DNA from: Octopus vulgaris
Taxonomy: Eukaryota
Assembly (NCBI GenBank): GCA_951406725.2
Contig: OX597827.1
Span: 73,036,001-73,100,000, forward strand
Direction: 5' to 3'
DNA: 64,000 nucleotides
Part shown: in pieces, positions 15,153 to 28,671 of the stretch
Layout: each line of letters opens with the position of its first letter
Position numbering within the stretch: position 1 is the first letter of the stretch
Notes under the pieces: model-generated
Told to the model about the DNA's origin: nothing
Databases searched by the model: none
The model's input: the letters and a program-made list of their open reading frames with translations, nothing else
Position numbers and translations under genes: made by a program

Positions 15153-16217
15153 GATCAATTAAAACACTCACACAGCATTTAGATCACCAGTAAACTAAAC
15201 ACCACATATTCTACCTACCTACCTACCTACCTACCTACCTACCTACCTACCTACCTACCTACCTACCTACCTACCTACCTACCTACCTACCTACCTACCT
15301 ACCTACCTACCTACCTACCTACCTACCTACCTACCTACCTACTTACCTACTTACCTACATACATACATATTTATAATATATATATATCTATTTATATATA
15401 ATATATATAATATATACATACATACATGTAATACATATACATAAACAAATACACATGCAAATGCATACACATAAGTGTATATGGTTGTAAACTGTCAGGA
15501 AGTTTAGTTATATACGTAAAATTGTGTGTGGGTAAGCATGTATGCATATCACTTATCGTACTTGAGTTATGTTAGTACAACGATAACGCACACACACACA
15601 CACGCACACACAAACTCACACACTCACACACACTTACACAAACATGCACAAAAAGAAAGAGAGAGAACGGGAGAGAAGACAGAGAACGAGAGAGAAAGAG
15701 AGATGGGAAGGGAAAGAAGAGGAAAAGAAATGTAAAATTTAAACAGAAAACTGATAAAAGAGCGAAACAGAAAACCTAATTAGCTTATCAATTCCTTGGA
15801 ATTCGATATAATTATATGTACGCATGAATGTATGTATGTATGTATGTATGTATGTATGTATGTATGTATGTATGTATGTATGTATGTATGTATGTATGTA
15901 TGTATGTATGTATGTATGTATGTATGTATGTATGTTTGTCTGTCTGTATGTATGTATGTATGTATGTATGTATGTATGTATGTATGTATGTATGTATGTA
16001 TGTATGTATGTATGTATATATGTATGTATGTAAGTATGTATGTATGTATATATGTATGTAAGTATGTATGTATGTATGTATGTATGTATGTATGTATGTA
16101 TGTATGTATGTATGTTTGTATGTATGTACGTACATACGTACGTATATATATATATATATATATACACACACAAACATGCATAAACATGTGTATGTATATA
16201 TACGTATATACACGAGG

Positions 16218-16259
<42 letters not shown>

Positions 16260-16339
16260 TATGCATGTATATGTATGTATATATATATCTATGCTTGCAT
16301 ACATATATGCATGTTATATGTATATGTATGTATGTATGT

Positions 16340-16371
<32 letters not shown>

Positions 16372-16588
16372 TGTATGTATGTATGTATGTATGCATGTAT
16401 GTATGCCGATAACGGCCTCAATTGCGTTTGACCCTCTGGCCGGTAACTGTTGAAGAGTTGGCGATTTTCTGTTTTCTGTTCGCCTTTCTATTTAGTACAC
16501 GTTTATTTATTTACAACACGGTTTTTTAATTATTTAAATATACATACATGCATACATACATACATACATACATACATACATACATACA

Positions 16589-16623
<35 letters not shown>

Positions 16624-16977
16624 GTATATATATATATATATTTAATTCGTCCTTAGTCGAAAGAGACCTGTTGTTATGTCCTGTTATTTGCATGTGTGTT
16701 TGTGTACCATTTCTCCATTTTTTTCCGTCCTTGTTTTCGTATACATTCACTGCTTTCTTCCTGGGAATCTACTGCTCTTAGCTTAGTTTTTCCTTGGGGC
16801 TGGTCAAATAGGAGTAATCTCGAGTATAACCAGCCGAAATTGCAAAGATAATCTGGAACTCGACTGAGGAAAAAAAACACCGAATGACCAGTCCTTGTTT
16901 TTTCTTGTCCCTTTTTGTTTCGTCTGTCTAGATGTTTTGCGTTCTTGCCCCATTTTTTGTATTCCTTTATATATTTG

Positions 16978-17009
<32 letters not shown>

Positions 17010-17624
17010 CATACATACATACATACATACATGCATGCATATATACACATGCACACATAATTAGACACATATCTATCTATCTATCTATTTATCTGTCTGC
17101 CTATTAATGTTTTTCTCTCCCTTCTCTCATTCTCTCTCTCTGTCTATATCTCCCACTCTCTCTATACTTATGTATACATACCTGCATGCATGCTTATATA
17201 TATATACATTAATGACTATAGGCTTGCATACATGTGTACCTGAGTATACACAGGCGCATATATAATGATGTATATACAAACGCACATATTTACTCTTTTT
17301 ATCTCTCTTCTTCCCGCACTCTCTTCTCTCTCTCTCTCTCTCTCTCTCTTTGCCGCCTGTTTTGTTTTTCCTTCCTCTTCCTTCCACCCTTTCTCTTCCC
17401 GCTTAGAACGCCCAACCTCCGCGCCTTTCTGAATGAAATAGATCGATAATGATATTTTCCTTTTATTGCAAAATAGACAGTTAATTCAATAAAATCATGA
17501 AGGTTACTCTGATTACTATGCATAAAATACAAAATATTTTATTGTTTTGTAGATTAGGTTTTGGCATAATTTGCCTCTGTTTTTCAATCTCGGTATTTAA
17601 GCTACGCATAGTTCTGCTGTAGTA

Positions 17625-17847
17625 CACGTGCTGCGTACATTCCTACAACAACGTTTCCTTTACGTGCTATAAAGGCAGAAGTAAATCTGCCAACAACTCA
17701 GTCGCGCGCCTATGTTTCGCCTGTCAACGTTACCAACTGCCCACCAGAGTAATTACTGACGGCACGTGCCTGATCTATCCATCCATCCATCCATCCATCC
17801 ATCCATCCATAGATACATACATGTTTAGCCGTTACTCACTGGTGAGT
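17625..17847 (+). promoter_or_regulatory. Candidate TATA/Inr core promoter and first exon of an unidentified transcript
   Basis: TATAAA 17668-17673, Inr TCAGTC with A at 17700 (32 nt spacing), RCGTG/E-box motifs at 17625, 17661, 17763, consensus donor CTG|gtgagt at 17842. Confidence 0.45.
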
Positions 17848-17968
17848 ATGGTTGATTTTACCACGTTTTCACTAATAACTTTAAGGTTTTTATATATCCA
17901 CAAGCAGACACAACCTTCACCTCAGCTTTCTAACACTTGACTCAACGAAACATCGAGAGTATGACAGC

Positions 17969-18075
<107 letters not shown>

Positions 18076-18380
18076 TGCAAGAGAGAGAGAGAGAGGGAGA
18101 GTGGGAGAAAGTGAGAGAGAGAGAGAGAGAGAGAGAGAGTGTGCGAGAGCGAGAGCTATATCATCAGGACCTAGCTGGTACTCATTTTAAGTCGAGTAGC
18201 ATCATGAAATAATGTGCATTGCCCAAAGACAAAATATGGTACCCAGTCTAGGAATCGAACGTGCGAGTTGATGATTGAGAGACCGACATCCTAACAAGAA
18301 TATCAGATGCGTTCAGACATGTATGAAACATACAAACAAACATATATGCATACAAGCACACACACACAAACACACTTATG

Positions 18381-18430
<50 letters not shown>

Positions 18431-18496
18431 GGTCCCGGGTTGAGTCGGGGTTAACCACAGTAAATAAGGTACTCAATACATAGCAGAGTAAAATTA

Positions 18497-18626
18497 ATTT
18501 ATTTTATAGAAGGAGCTTCTACAGGACTAGAACTGTTTCATTCAAATGAAATCATCAGGAAGCTTCCTGATGATTTCATTTGAATGAAACAGTTCTAGTC
18601 CTGTAGAAGCTCCTTCTATAAAATAA

Positions 18627-18628
<2 letters not shown>
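18497..18628. repeat. Perfect 132-bp spacerless palindrome between (TA)n tracts
   Basis: 66-bp arms exactly complementary about the centre ggaag|cttcc (18562/18563). Confidence 0.97.
18561..18611 (+). ncRNA. Type I hammerhead ribozyme (identical copy on the minus strand, 18514-18564)
   Basis: Stem I agcttc/gaagct, CTGATGA 18567-18573, stem II ttca/tgaa, GAAA 18586-18589, stem III cag/ctg, GTA triplet 18603-18605. Confidence 0.8.
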
Positions 18629-18705
<77 letters not shown>

Positions 18706-18978
18706 GGTATGTATATAAGCATATACGTATATATATGTATGTCACTTCAGCCATGTAACTTGCTTTTCGTAGACTATTTTGCTTCCTCTCTGGACCTTTC
18801 CTTTCTCCTCTTTCTGACGATGAACAAGGCTCGAAACGTTACATTTTACCTCTCTCTTCTGACTTAAACTGAACGTCAACCTAACACATTTGCTGTGTAC
18901 CTCCTTTTGACTTAAACAGTTTTTATTTTCGATTTAAATATAAATATCTATCTACCTGTATATCTCTCTCTTTCGTTC

Positions 18979-19098
<120 letters not shown>

Positions 19099-19541
19099 TG
19101 TTTACGTATTTGGTGCATACATTCATAGAAGCGTACATATTTGCATATATGCTTACGTGCATACATACATTCTTACATACACACATTCATACGAACACGA
19201 GCAAAAGTAAATGACTAATTTCCCGGTGATGATGATGATGATGATGATGATGATCATCATCATCATCATCATCATCACCAAAGTAATCATGTTCCTAATC
19301 AAAGGTAGCTATCAAAAGTTGAGATTAGGGTTTTTGTGTGATGAACGTTCAGCACGTGATCACAGCGTGGTCGTAGACGTTCGGGTGAGGGGGAGTGATG
19401 GAGCAGGGTAGATGTGGTTTGTGGAAAGAGAACTTTTTTTTTTACTTTGTTCACACACACGCATTCATATATACACCGTCGCCCATTCATACACACTTAG
19501 TCACAAACACACGCACACACACACACGCACATATCTATCTA

Positions 19542-19574
<33 letters not shown>

Positions 19575-20306
19575 ATTTCTCTCTCTCTCTCTCTCTCTAT
19601 CTGTCTATTCATACATACATACATATATACATATATTTATTTATTTACTACCCACAAGGGGCTAAACATAGAGGGGACAAACAAGGACAGACAAAGGGAT
19701 TAAGTCGATTCCATCGACCCCAGTGCGTAACTGGTACTTAATTTATCGACCCCGAAAGGATGAAAGCAAAGTCAACCTCGGCGGAATTTGAACTCAGAAC
19801 GTAACGGCAGACGAAATACGACTACGCATTTCGCCCGGCGTGCTACCGTTTCTGCCAGCTCGCCACCTTCCATATATACATATGGAATCATATATACATA
19901 TATACAATCATATATACATATATTGATTGTCAATGATTCAAAGATTTGAATAAAAAGCAATCTCTAAGGTAATAGAGTATTAAAGTAAAAAAAAAAAATA
20001 ATGTCCGAGGACAAAATTAATATTTTTGTCCTCGGACTAGAGTCTGATGAGTTGTCCACGTAGCTACGTCCTTCGTGGATGCAAGACCATTGGTCACTCT
20101 ATGACCAGACATTAATTTTTTTACTTTTATATAGGCGCGGCTGTGTGGTAAGAAGCTTGTCCACCAACCACATAGTTCCTGGTTCTGTCCCACTGCGTGG
20201 CATATTAGGCATGTCTCTTCTAATATACCCTCGGACCAACCAATGCCTTGTGAGTGGATTTGGTTGACGGAAACTGAAAGCAGCCTGTCGTATATATATA
20301 TATATA

Positions 20307-21441
20307 CAAGAATTGGACAAAATAATGGAAACACCTAGCATCATAGCATCATAACTTTGAAATATCTATTAAACCGTCAAAAGCTTGTTTATTTTTATGT
20401 TTTTTGATCTATTATTAGTGTTGCTTAATATGTTTTGCTAAAATTGCTGTTTCTTTTCAGATATCATCAGAAATAGATAATTAAAATTCATTAAAATGAC
20501 AGATCTATCGGACTTTCAAAGAGGTCAAATTGTTGGCGCTCGTATGGCAGACACTAGAAGTACTGTCTCGAAAGTAATGACAGCCTTTGGGAAAGAGGGA
20601 AAAACCTCCTTGTCAAAACAAAACTCCGAAAGAAAACCAAAATTTTCAGATAGGGACCGTCGGTCTCTTACGCGAATTGTTAGAAAGGATCACAAAAGTA
20701 CAGCTTCCAAAATTACTGCGGAGCTTAATGACCTCGAGAACCCAGTTTCCACAAAAATTGGTCGCCGGGAGCAGCACAAAGTCGGATTTCACATGAGAGC
20801 TGCAATCAGAAAACCACTACATTCAAAAACAGATGTTGCAAAGCGTTTAGAGTGGAGTAAAAACTCACAGAATTGGTCCCTAGAGCCGTGGAAGAATGTT
20901 ATTTTCTCGGAGTGTCATCCTTTACCTTATTTCCGACAACCGGCCAAGTATACGTGTGGAGACAGCCGAAAGAATCATTTGACCCAGACTGCCTTCTTCC
21001 AACTGTTAAATATGGAGGAGGGTCTGTGATGATCTGGGCGGGGCTATATCATGGAAATCCGCCGGCCCAATGGTTTCCCTTCATGGCAGGATTTATAGTC
21101 TAGACTATTTAAGCATTTTATCTGATCACGAAGAACATTCTAGTGAAGTTCAATATCTTATCTTACCACCACAGTTCCTAGAACTCAATATTATTGAACA
21201 TTTATGGAGCATTTTAGAAAAACAAGTAAGGAGTCGATATCCTCTATCATCCTCATTACAAGAACTGGAGACTGTTTTAGTTGAAGAATGGACAAAATCC
21301 TTTGGAAACAATTCAAACTTTGTACGGAGTCCGTACCTCGTAGAATTGAAGCAGTAATTACTGCCAAAGGCGGTCCTATCCCGCATTAAAATAAATTTGT
21401 TTGAAATTTTAAGGTGTTTCCATTACTTTGTCCAACCCCTA
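20307..21441 (+). mobile_element. Tc1-family DNA transposon with decayed transposase
   Basis: ~30-bp TIRs (ttggacaaaataatggaaacacct / aggtgtttccattactttgtccaa), TA flanks; DLSDFQRGQIVGAR, WKNVIFS, PTVKYGGGSVMIW, LNIIEHLWS motifs split by frameshifts and deletions. Confidence 0.93.
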
Positions 21442-21525
21442 TATATATATATATGTGTGTGTGCGTGTTTTTTTATGTGTATCTTCCATCATTGCTTGAC
21501 AACCGGTGTTGGTGTGTTTACATTC

Positions 21526-21582
<57 letters not shown>

Positions 21583-21662
21583 TACTAATATAGTATGAAG
21601 AGCTTTTTTACAGAAAAAAAATTTCATCAGAAAATGTCGCAGCATAAAAGTTGCATATAAGT

Positions 21663-21713
<51 letters not shown>

Positions 21714-23490
21714 GCAAACACAGAATCACATATAGACATGCACACGCACACGTACACACGCATGAATGCATTTGTCGGTGTGCGCGCGTGTGTGTATGTA
21801 TCAACATTAATATACGAACACAGTTATGTAAGAATAACGAAATAGATAGAAGAAAGAAGTCGGCAAGATTTAGGGTGGATCACCATTTGCATTTATTTAC
21901 CAGTTTATACCACATTACCGAAGTAATTATCCAGGATATTTATGTTCAAGTTCTATATGACATCTTGGGTGACTTGGAGTGTCTTTACTATATTTTGTAT
22001 CTTTTCTTATCTCTCTTCTTTATTGTTTATTGTAGTATAGATATCTCTTCATTATGTAACTTATTTACCAGTTTAGCAAATGTCCAGCACATTCGATCGA
22101 CTCGTTACATTAGCCAATAAATCCGGCAATGATTTCTGTCTTTGTCTCAGTGGCAAATATTCTTTCCTAATCTAGGCACAAGGCCCGAAATTTTGGGGGA
22201 GGGCGCCAGTCGATTAGATCGTTCCCAGTGCGCAATTGGTACTTAATTTATCGACTTCGAAAGGATGAAAGGCAAAGTCGACCTCAGCGGAATTTGAACT
22301 CAGAACATTAAGACAGACGAAATACTGGTGAGCATTTCGCCCGGAGTGCTAACGCTTCTGCCAGCTCGCCGCCTTTCACAGGCAAATATTGTTACTCTTT
22401 GTATTTTGCGATTTTCTTAATCTGTTAAATTCAATTTCTTTTGTTAGCCATCAATAATTAAGATTTTTCTCGCATAATATTATTTTGTTTTGTACATGAT
22501 ATCACTGCCTGTCCTGCTGCTATAATATTTGCTGGGAAGTATAAGAATTTGTGTCAGTCTCAAATATGCTAAATTTTATGCCATTATTATCGCATGATTG
22601 CATGCTATGTCAGTTATATCTGTACGATAAAATTTATGTAATATCTGTATGACAAAAGTTATGGTGAATCAGGAATAGACTTAAAATAGATGTTAATTTT
22701 GTCTTAAATGCTACAGACGTTGTCATCAATAGAGATATCAGTAACCATTTTATTCGTATTCCTCTTAAGTTTTAAGATTATAAGAAGTTTAATTACCAGT
22801 TGCAAATAATATATATCATACGTTTATTCCTATGTATGTTATAGTAGAATTTCACTCTACTTTCAGACTTTCTTAGCTTTTAATCACTTAAGGTTTCTAC
22901 ATATTTAGTCTTCTTCGATATATTCGAGTCTTCTTCTGCAATTTTAGTTTAGTTAGTCTTCTTGTAAATGCTCTTGTGCTTCATTCGTTTTGACTGAAAC
23001 AAATGATTATCGGCTTTTCCTTTGAGTCGGTTAATATCTGACTAAAATGGAACTATTGTTGTAGTTGTTTCTGCTGCAAATCGCTGTTAACTCCATTACA
23101 ACTTCTAATAGACTTGCTGATTCTGCCCTTCAAGTTTACCCACTCATTTTGTCTCCTAGCTCTAAGTGTATCAAGTGGAAGGTTCTCAGAAAAAGGGACC
23201 AATGAAGTGTTTTCTATACTCATACTACTTGGATATTTATCTAAATAACTATTATTGTCACCTAAGTGTCAACTAGATCTTGTATGGTTAACTTCAAAAG
23301 TTTTATCGGACGAATGTACAGATAAATTTTTAGTATACAAGTATTCTAAAAGCCGTCGCTAGTTATTGTTTTTCAAATCTTTCTTGCATCTATATTACGT
23401 TTAGTTTGCTTCTACCGTGTATAAAGGATGAGCCAAAAATCACGAATGTTTATTTTCATTTCTGAATGGGTTTCGTTCTCCAATAAAATA

Positions 23491-25120
23491 TCATTGGCGA
23501 TTAGCTGAAGTCAAATTACCTTGCGACTGCTTAAAGTATCCGCTCAACTTCGATAATATGCTTCCCCAATTTTGTCTCTTAACTTCGTTCTGTTTCTTAT
23601 TTTTCTGAGAGGAATTAAGCTTATTTGCAGACGACATTTTTATCCATGACACTGATTTTTTCAAATCAAAATTATTCTTTAAAGTTTCATTACTCGTGTT
23701 ATTCAGGTTATTCATCTTGTGCAGAAATGATGCCAAAAGTGAAAAAAGACTGCTGTTGTTCTTACTGCTTAATTTAGACCCCAAATTTAATAAAAATAGT
23801 TTGGCTGTCTTTTTCAAATGTTTTGGTGTTTCCATATTCTTTTTCCCATGCTGTAAGGCAGAAGGACTGTTCGTTTGCTTGGATTTTGGCTGGCTTTGAG
23901 CAGCATTGACTCCACTTCGTTTGATCAGTTTCAATTTTGGATAAGGGGAAGATATGTCAGTCCTTAGTCTATCTTTAAGGGTTTCTAAATATACCTTGTA
24001 CTCATAATCTTGAAGTGTTTCCGGATAAATAATATTTGATGTTCCGTCTGAAAAGTCTTCGCAAATTCCAAATCTTTTTGAAGAAAAAGGCAAGAAAAAC
24101 GCAACTTCACATGACTCGGGAAGGGGAATTGCGGAACTATTCTCCAAACGTTTATTTTGTGATATTAATTTCAGTTGAACATAATTTTGAATGTTGGGGG
24201 CTTGTGTGGCGGCGTATTTCGTCAACCAATTCGATGTCTGTTTCCAGTCCGCTTGTTGACGTTTTAATCTTTTAGATTTTTGAGATGGTGTATCAATTCT
24301 ATTTGGCTGAGCATGTTTCCAGGTTTGTTCAGCTTGAAGCAAATATTGCATGCGATGCTGTTGTTGCACTCGAATTTGAATATTTCTCCATGGAAAGTTT
24401 ACTTTCTGAGGCCGAGGATGGGAACTCTTTCGTTGAGGTAATCCTTTTCTATAAGCGGCTTTGATATCGTCAACAGCTTCCTTGTGTTTAGTAACCTTGA
24501 TCTTTTTCGGTAAGGGTTTTCTCAATACTTTCTGAGGCCGAGGATGGGAACTCTTTCGTTGAGGTAATCCTTTTCTATAAGCAGCTTTGATATCCTCAAC
24601 AGCTTCCTTTTGTTTAGTAACCTTGATCTTTTTCGGTAAGGGTTTTCTCAATAACTTCAACAGTGGTTCCAAAGGGATATTATTTATTCTCCTACCTGTC
24701 GTAGTAGGAATAATTTTGCTAAACTGTTTCCTCTTTCTCGTAGAAAGAGAATCAGTAACATTGGGATTAGTAACAATAGTTTTATTGTTAATCGACGTCA
24801 CGTTACTATTCTTTCCACTTCTCAAAAACTTTGAAGCCTTCCGAATACTTCTGTCCCGGAAGTATGTGATTTTTTTCTTCAAACCGTTGTAATGCATGAA
24901 AAACTGTTGAAGATTTTGGTACTTTCTTTCACCAGCACATTTGCTAGATGGATGTTGTACACACTGTAAATTTTCTGCTGTGATGTTATTCTTCCGTAAG
25001 ATTTCTCGCCACAGAGACAGCTGTTCAAATTTTTCAATCATATTTCGGGGTACAGCACGACAGCCACTTTTAGACAAAAATACGTTTTTCACTGGACAAA
25101 CATGGCAACTACCGCGAGGA
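23491..25120 (-). CDS. Terminal coding exon 4: Cys cluster then long Lys/Arg-rich tail with dibasic sites
   Basis: Acceptor ttttatcttctcag|T completes CG|T=Arg (phase 2); 1630-nt open non-microsatellite frame to TGA at 23491-23493; all three introns phase-consistent, total 2433 nt = 810 aa; no transmembrane segment seen. Confidence 0.85.
24401..24652 (-). repeat. In-frame 126-bp (42-aa) tandem duplication in exon 4
   Basis: LRKPLPKKIKVTK(Q/H)KEAV(E/D)DIKAAYRKGLPQRKSSHPRPQKV x2; units 24401-24526 and 24527-24652. Confidence 0.95.
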
Positions 25121-25272
25121 CTGAGAAGATAAAATAAAATAAAATAAAAAAGGAAGATTATAGTCAAGAAACATCAAAATATATCTGGAATAGGATTTCA
25201 CCCTAACCCCGGCAAGTAAAAGCTCAATAAGTGACATTTTCACCAAGTGTCACAACATAGCAAGTATTATAT

Positions 25273-25865
25273 GTTTCTTTATTACCCACAAGGGGCTAAA
25301 CATAGAGGGGACAAACAAGGACAGACAAACGGATTAAGTCGATTACATCGACCCCAGTGCGTAACTGGTACTTAATTTATCGACCCCGAAAGGATGAAAG
25401 AAAAGTCGATCTCGGCGGAATTTGAACTCAGAACGTAGCGACGGGCGAAATACCACGAAGCACTTCGCCCGGCGTGCTAACGTCTCTGCCAGTAAGTATT
25501 AATATAGCAAGTACGAACTAAATGTGTATGTGTGTGTGTGTATGTGAGCGTGCGTGTGTGTGTATATCAATGTGAATGTGTACATGTGTGTGTGTATATA
25601 TATATATGTGGATGAATGTGTATAAATGTGTATATAAGGCGGCGAGCTGGCAGAAACGTTAGCATGCTGGGCGAAATGCTTAGCGGTATTTCGTCTGCCG
25701 TTACGTTCCGAGTTCAAATTCCGCCGTGGTCGACTTTGCCTTTAATCCTTTCGGGGTCGATTAAATAAATACCAGTTACGCACTGGGGTCGATATAATCG
25801 ACTTAATCTCTTTGTCTCTCCTTGTTTGTCCTCTCTGTGTTTAGCCCCTTGTGGGTAGTAAAGAA
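25273..25865. mobile_element. Head-to-head inverted pair of SINE A copies in the last intron of the LRR gene
   Basis: 25273-25492 (-) and 25638-25865 (+). Confidence 0.88.
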
Positions 25866-25948
25866 AAAGAATGTGTATATATATGTGTGCATGTAGGTGT
25901 GTATGTGCATGTGTGTGTGTATATATGTGTATATATGCGTTTGTATAC

Positions 25949-25997
<49 letters not shown>

Positions 25998-27870
25998 TGT
26001 GTGTATATGCGTGCATATATGTTTGTGTATATATATATATATATATGCGTGTATATGTGTATTATATGTGCGTGTATATGTGTGTATATATATGTGCGAG
26101 TGTGTATATGTATAGATGTGTGAGTATATGTGTGTGTATGTGTATATGTTTGTATATATATGCGTGTGTTTATATGTGTGCGTGTATATATATATATATA
26201 TATGTATATGTGTCTGTGTATATATATATGTGTGTATATATATGTGTGAGTATGTATGTGAGTGTGTGTGTGTGTATGTGTGTATGTGTGTTTGCGTGAA
26301 TGTTAGCAGTTGCTAATTTGTGGCATTTGCTGGAATGTTACCTGTTGAGTTTTTGCTTGGTGAGCTGTGATGCTCTCTTAGGATATATACCTAAAAACAA
26401 ACAAGGTTTTCTGGACAGCAAAAAAATATCCACTATCTGTTTAATAAACCCCTTCCTTTCTGATTTAGTCACATTTCCAGTAATCTTGAAGGGAGGAGTG
26501 GGGTCATTCAGTACCATCAAACTCGGTGGTAAACTGGTACGTTATTTTATCTGCCACGGTGGTGGGGGGGATGAAAGTTGGCCTCGACGGGATTTGAACT
26601 TAGAATGTAAAGAACCAGAAGAGATACCGCGAATCCCTTTTTTTCCTGACGCCCTAATAATTCTGTAAGCTAATACAATCCATTGAATTTATAAGACCGC
26701 GAACAGTTCTCTTTGTGGACACCGAAAAAAAAAATTTATTTATAACATTTAAATACAAAGAAACAAGAAAAGAAAAACCGAGTGATAAAAAGGAAAATAA
26801 ATACAAGGAAAAAATAAATAAAATGGGGGGGGGGGGGTAAAGCAGCAGAAGATGGAGTTGGAGGGAGCGATGGAACACATACGGGCCACATACCTATTTC
26901 TTTATTACCCACAAGGGGCTAAACACAGAGGGGACAAACAAGGACAGACATAGGTATTAAGTCGATTACATCGACCTCAGTGCGTAACTGGTACTTAATT
27001 TATCTACTCCGAAAGGTTGAAAGGCATAGGCGACCTCGGCGGAATTTGAACTCACAACTCCCCGCATCAAATGGTGTGCCTAACCGGACCCGTCGGTCAT
27101 GACCGCGACGGCGTTGCCACGGAGAATGGCTAGTGACACTCGCCGTAGAAGCCTCTCCACGTCGCGGGACTCATTTATTCAGACAGGCCACTGGTATCCC
27201 TATATAATGGTTTGTATTTTATTGCTAGGTGGAGGTGTAAGACAGAGATCAGACTCAAATCTCAACCGATGTAAAATATGGACAAATGCAACATGACAGT
27301 GTTGTTAACAAGTTTGTTATGCGGTCAGGTCGATAAATTAAGTACCAGTTGCGTACTGGGGTCGATCTAATCAAATAGCCCCTCCCACCAAAATTTTTGG
27401 CCTTGTGCCTAGAGTAGAAAAGAATGTATGTGATGCTAAAAAAAATGACAGGGTGGGGTCTGGTTCGTATGGTTTTTGATCGTAGGTGTTTGTACGAAAA
27501 GGCTGACCTGGGACTAAGCAACAACAACAACAACAACATTATTGACAACGACGACGACGATGACGGCGTGAACTACTGCAACAACAATAACAACAATATA
27601 TGCATGTAGGTATACATTGACATGCGCATGCGTACACATATGGCCCCATACACACGCATACATATTCGGGCACACACACACACACATACATTAAGTAAAA
27701 CATAGTGGGATAATCATTATCATTGTTGTCCTCATCGTCACCATCACCATCATCATCATAGTCATCATCGCAGTGATGATGGTGGTGGTGGTGGTGGTGG
27801 TGGCCGTCGTCGTCGTGGTAGTCGTCAAAGATTTCAAGGAAACACAGGAGAACTAAGAGTAATATCCTAC

Positions 27871-28168
27871 CGGCAGATGCTCTTCAGATATCTCCTATTG
27901 ACAGGTATTTCACGTGATTCAGATAGAAGGTAGCACCTGTTGTTTGAAATATTGTGCGCAGAAAGCCAAGACAATCTTTTGTTACATATCAACCGATTCT
28001 CGATAAAGGAGAATACAGGTTTCTCCTGACATCCCAAATCGGCGATTGTATTTCCTTGGAAGACCACATTCTTACTGAGGTAATCATCGTCCGAAAACAA
28101 ACCCGGTTCCAAGGTGGACACATTGCAATGAATCAGTTGAAATACCTCTATGTTTGCTTGGTGGAAAG
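27871..28168 (-). CDS. Coding exon 3 of secreted LRR protein (LRR units and C-cap-like segment)
   Basis: Acceptor tctccacag|CT completes G|CT=Ala (phase 1); AFHQANIEVFQLIHCNVSTLEPGLF...FQGNTIADL...IENRLICNKRLSWL (resembles NPxxCxCxLxWL cap); donor TGCCG|gtagga, phase 2; 298 nt. Confidence 0.85.
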
Positions 28169-28671
28169 CTGTGGAGATATGTAAGTAAAAATATAGGTAA
28201 GATATATATATATACAATAGATAATGTAGCGTATTTTCCGGTATACAAGTCGAATTTTGCAGCGTGGAAGGTGTTTGTAAGCCATTTAAGAAACACACAA
28301 AAGCCGTTCGATTCACTTCAACATTTAAGTTTAATTTGTCAAAATATTTTCTTCGCTAAAATCTGCGACCTGTTCACTGACAAGAATCCGTGGTGCATCT
28401 CATCCAGCACACGATCTCAGATCAAATCACTTGCTATGCGAGTACATCTCCGTAAGTCGAATTTTTCAAGCCGAAAATTTACAGCTAAAAAAAGCTTGGT
28501 CGACTTATACTCTGAGACGACTTTGAAGGACGAACGATTCCATGTGAAATTGCAGTAGGATTTGGAAAGATAGTGACAATGTTTGAATGGTATGCTGCAC
28601 GTATACGCTATGGAATACGTCGACTTGTATGGCGGAAAATACGGTTGGTGAAATAATTATTAATAATAATA

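Noticed and set aside
25121-25167. Signal-peptide-like start MTIIFLFYFILFYLLS of the 558-aa ORF
   Set aside because: It is the polypyrimidine tract and acceptor of the last intron; start codon is TTG
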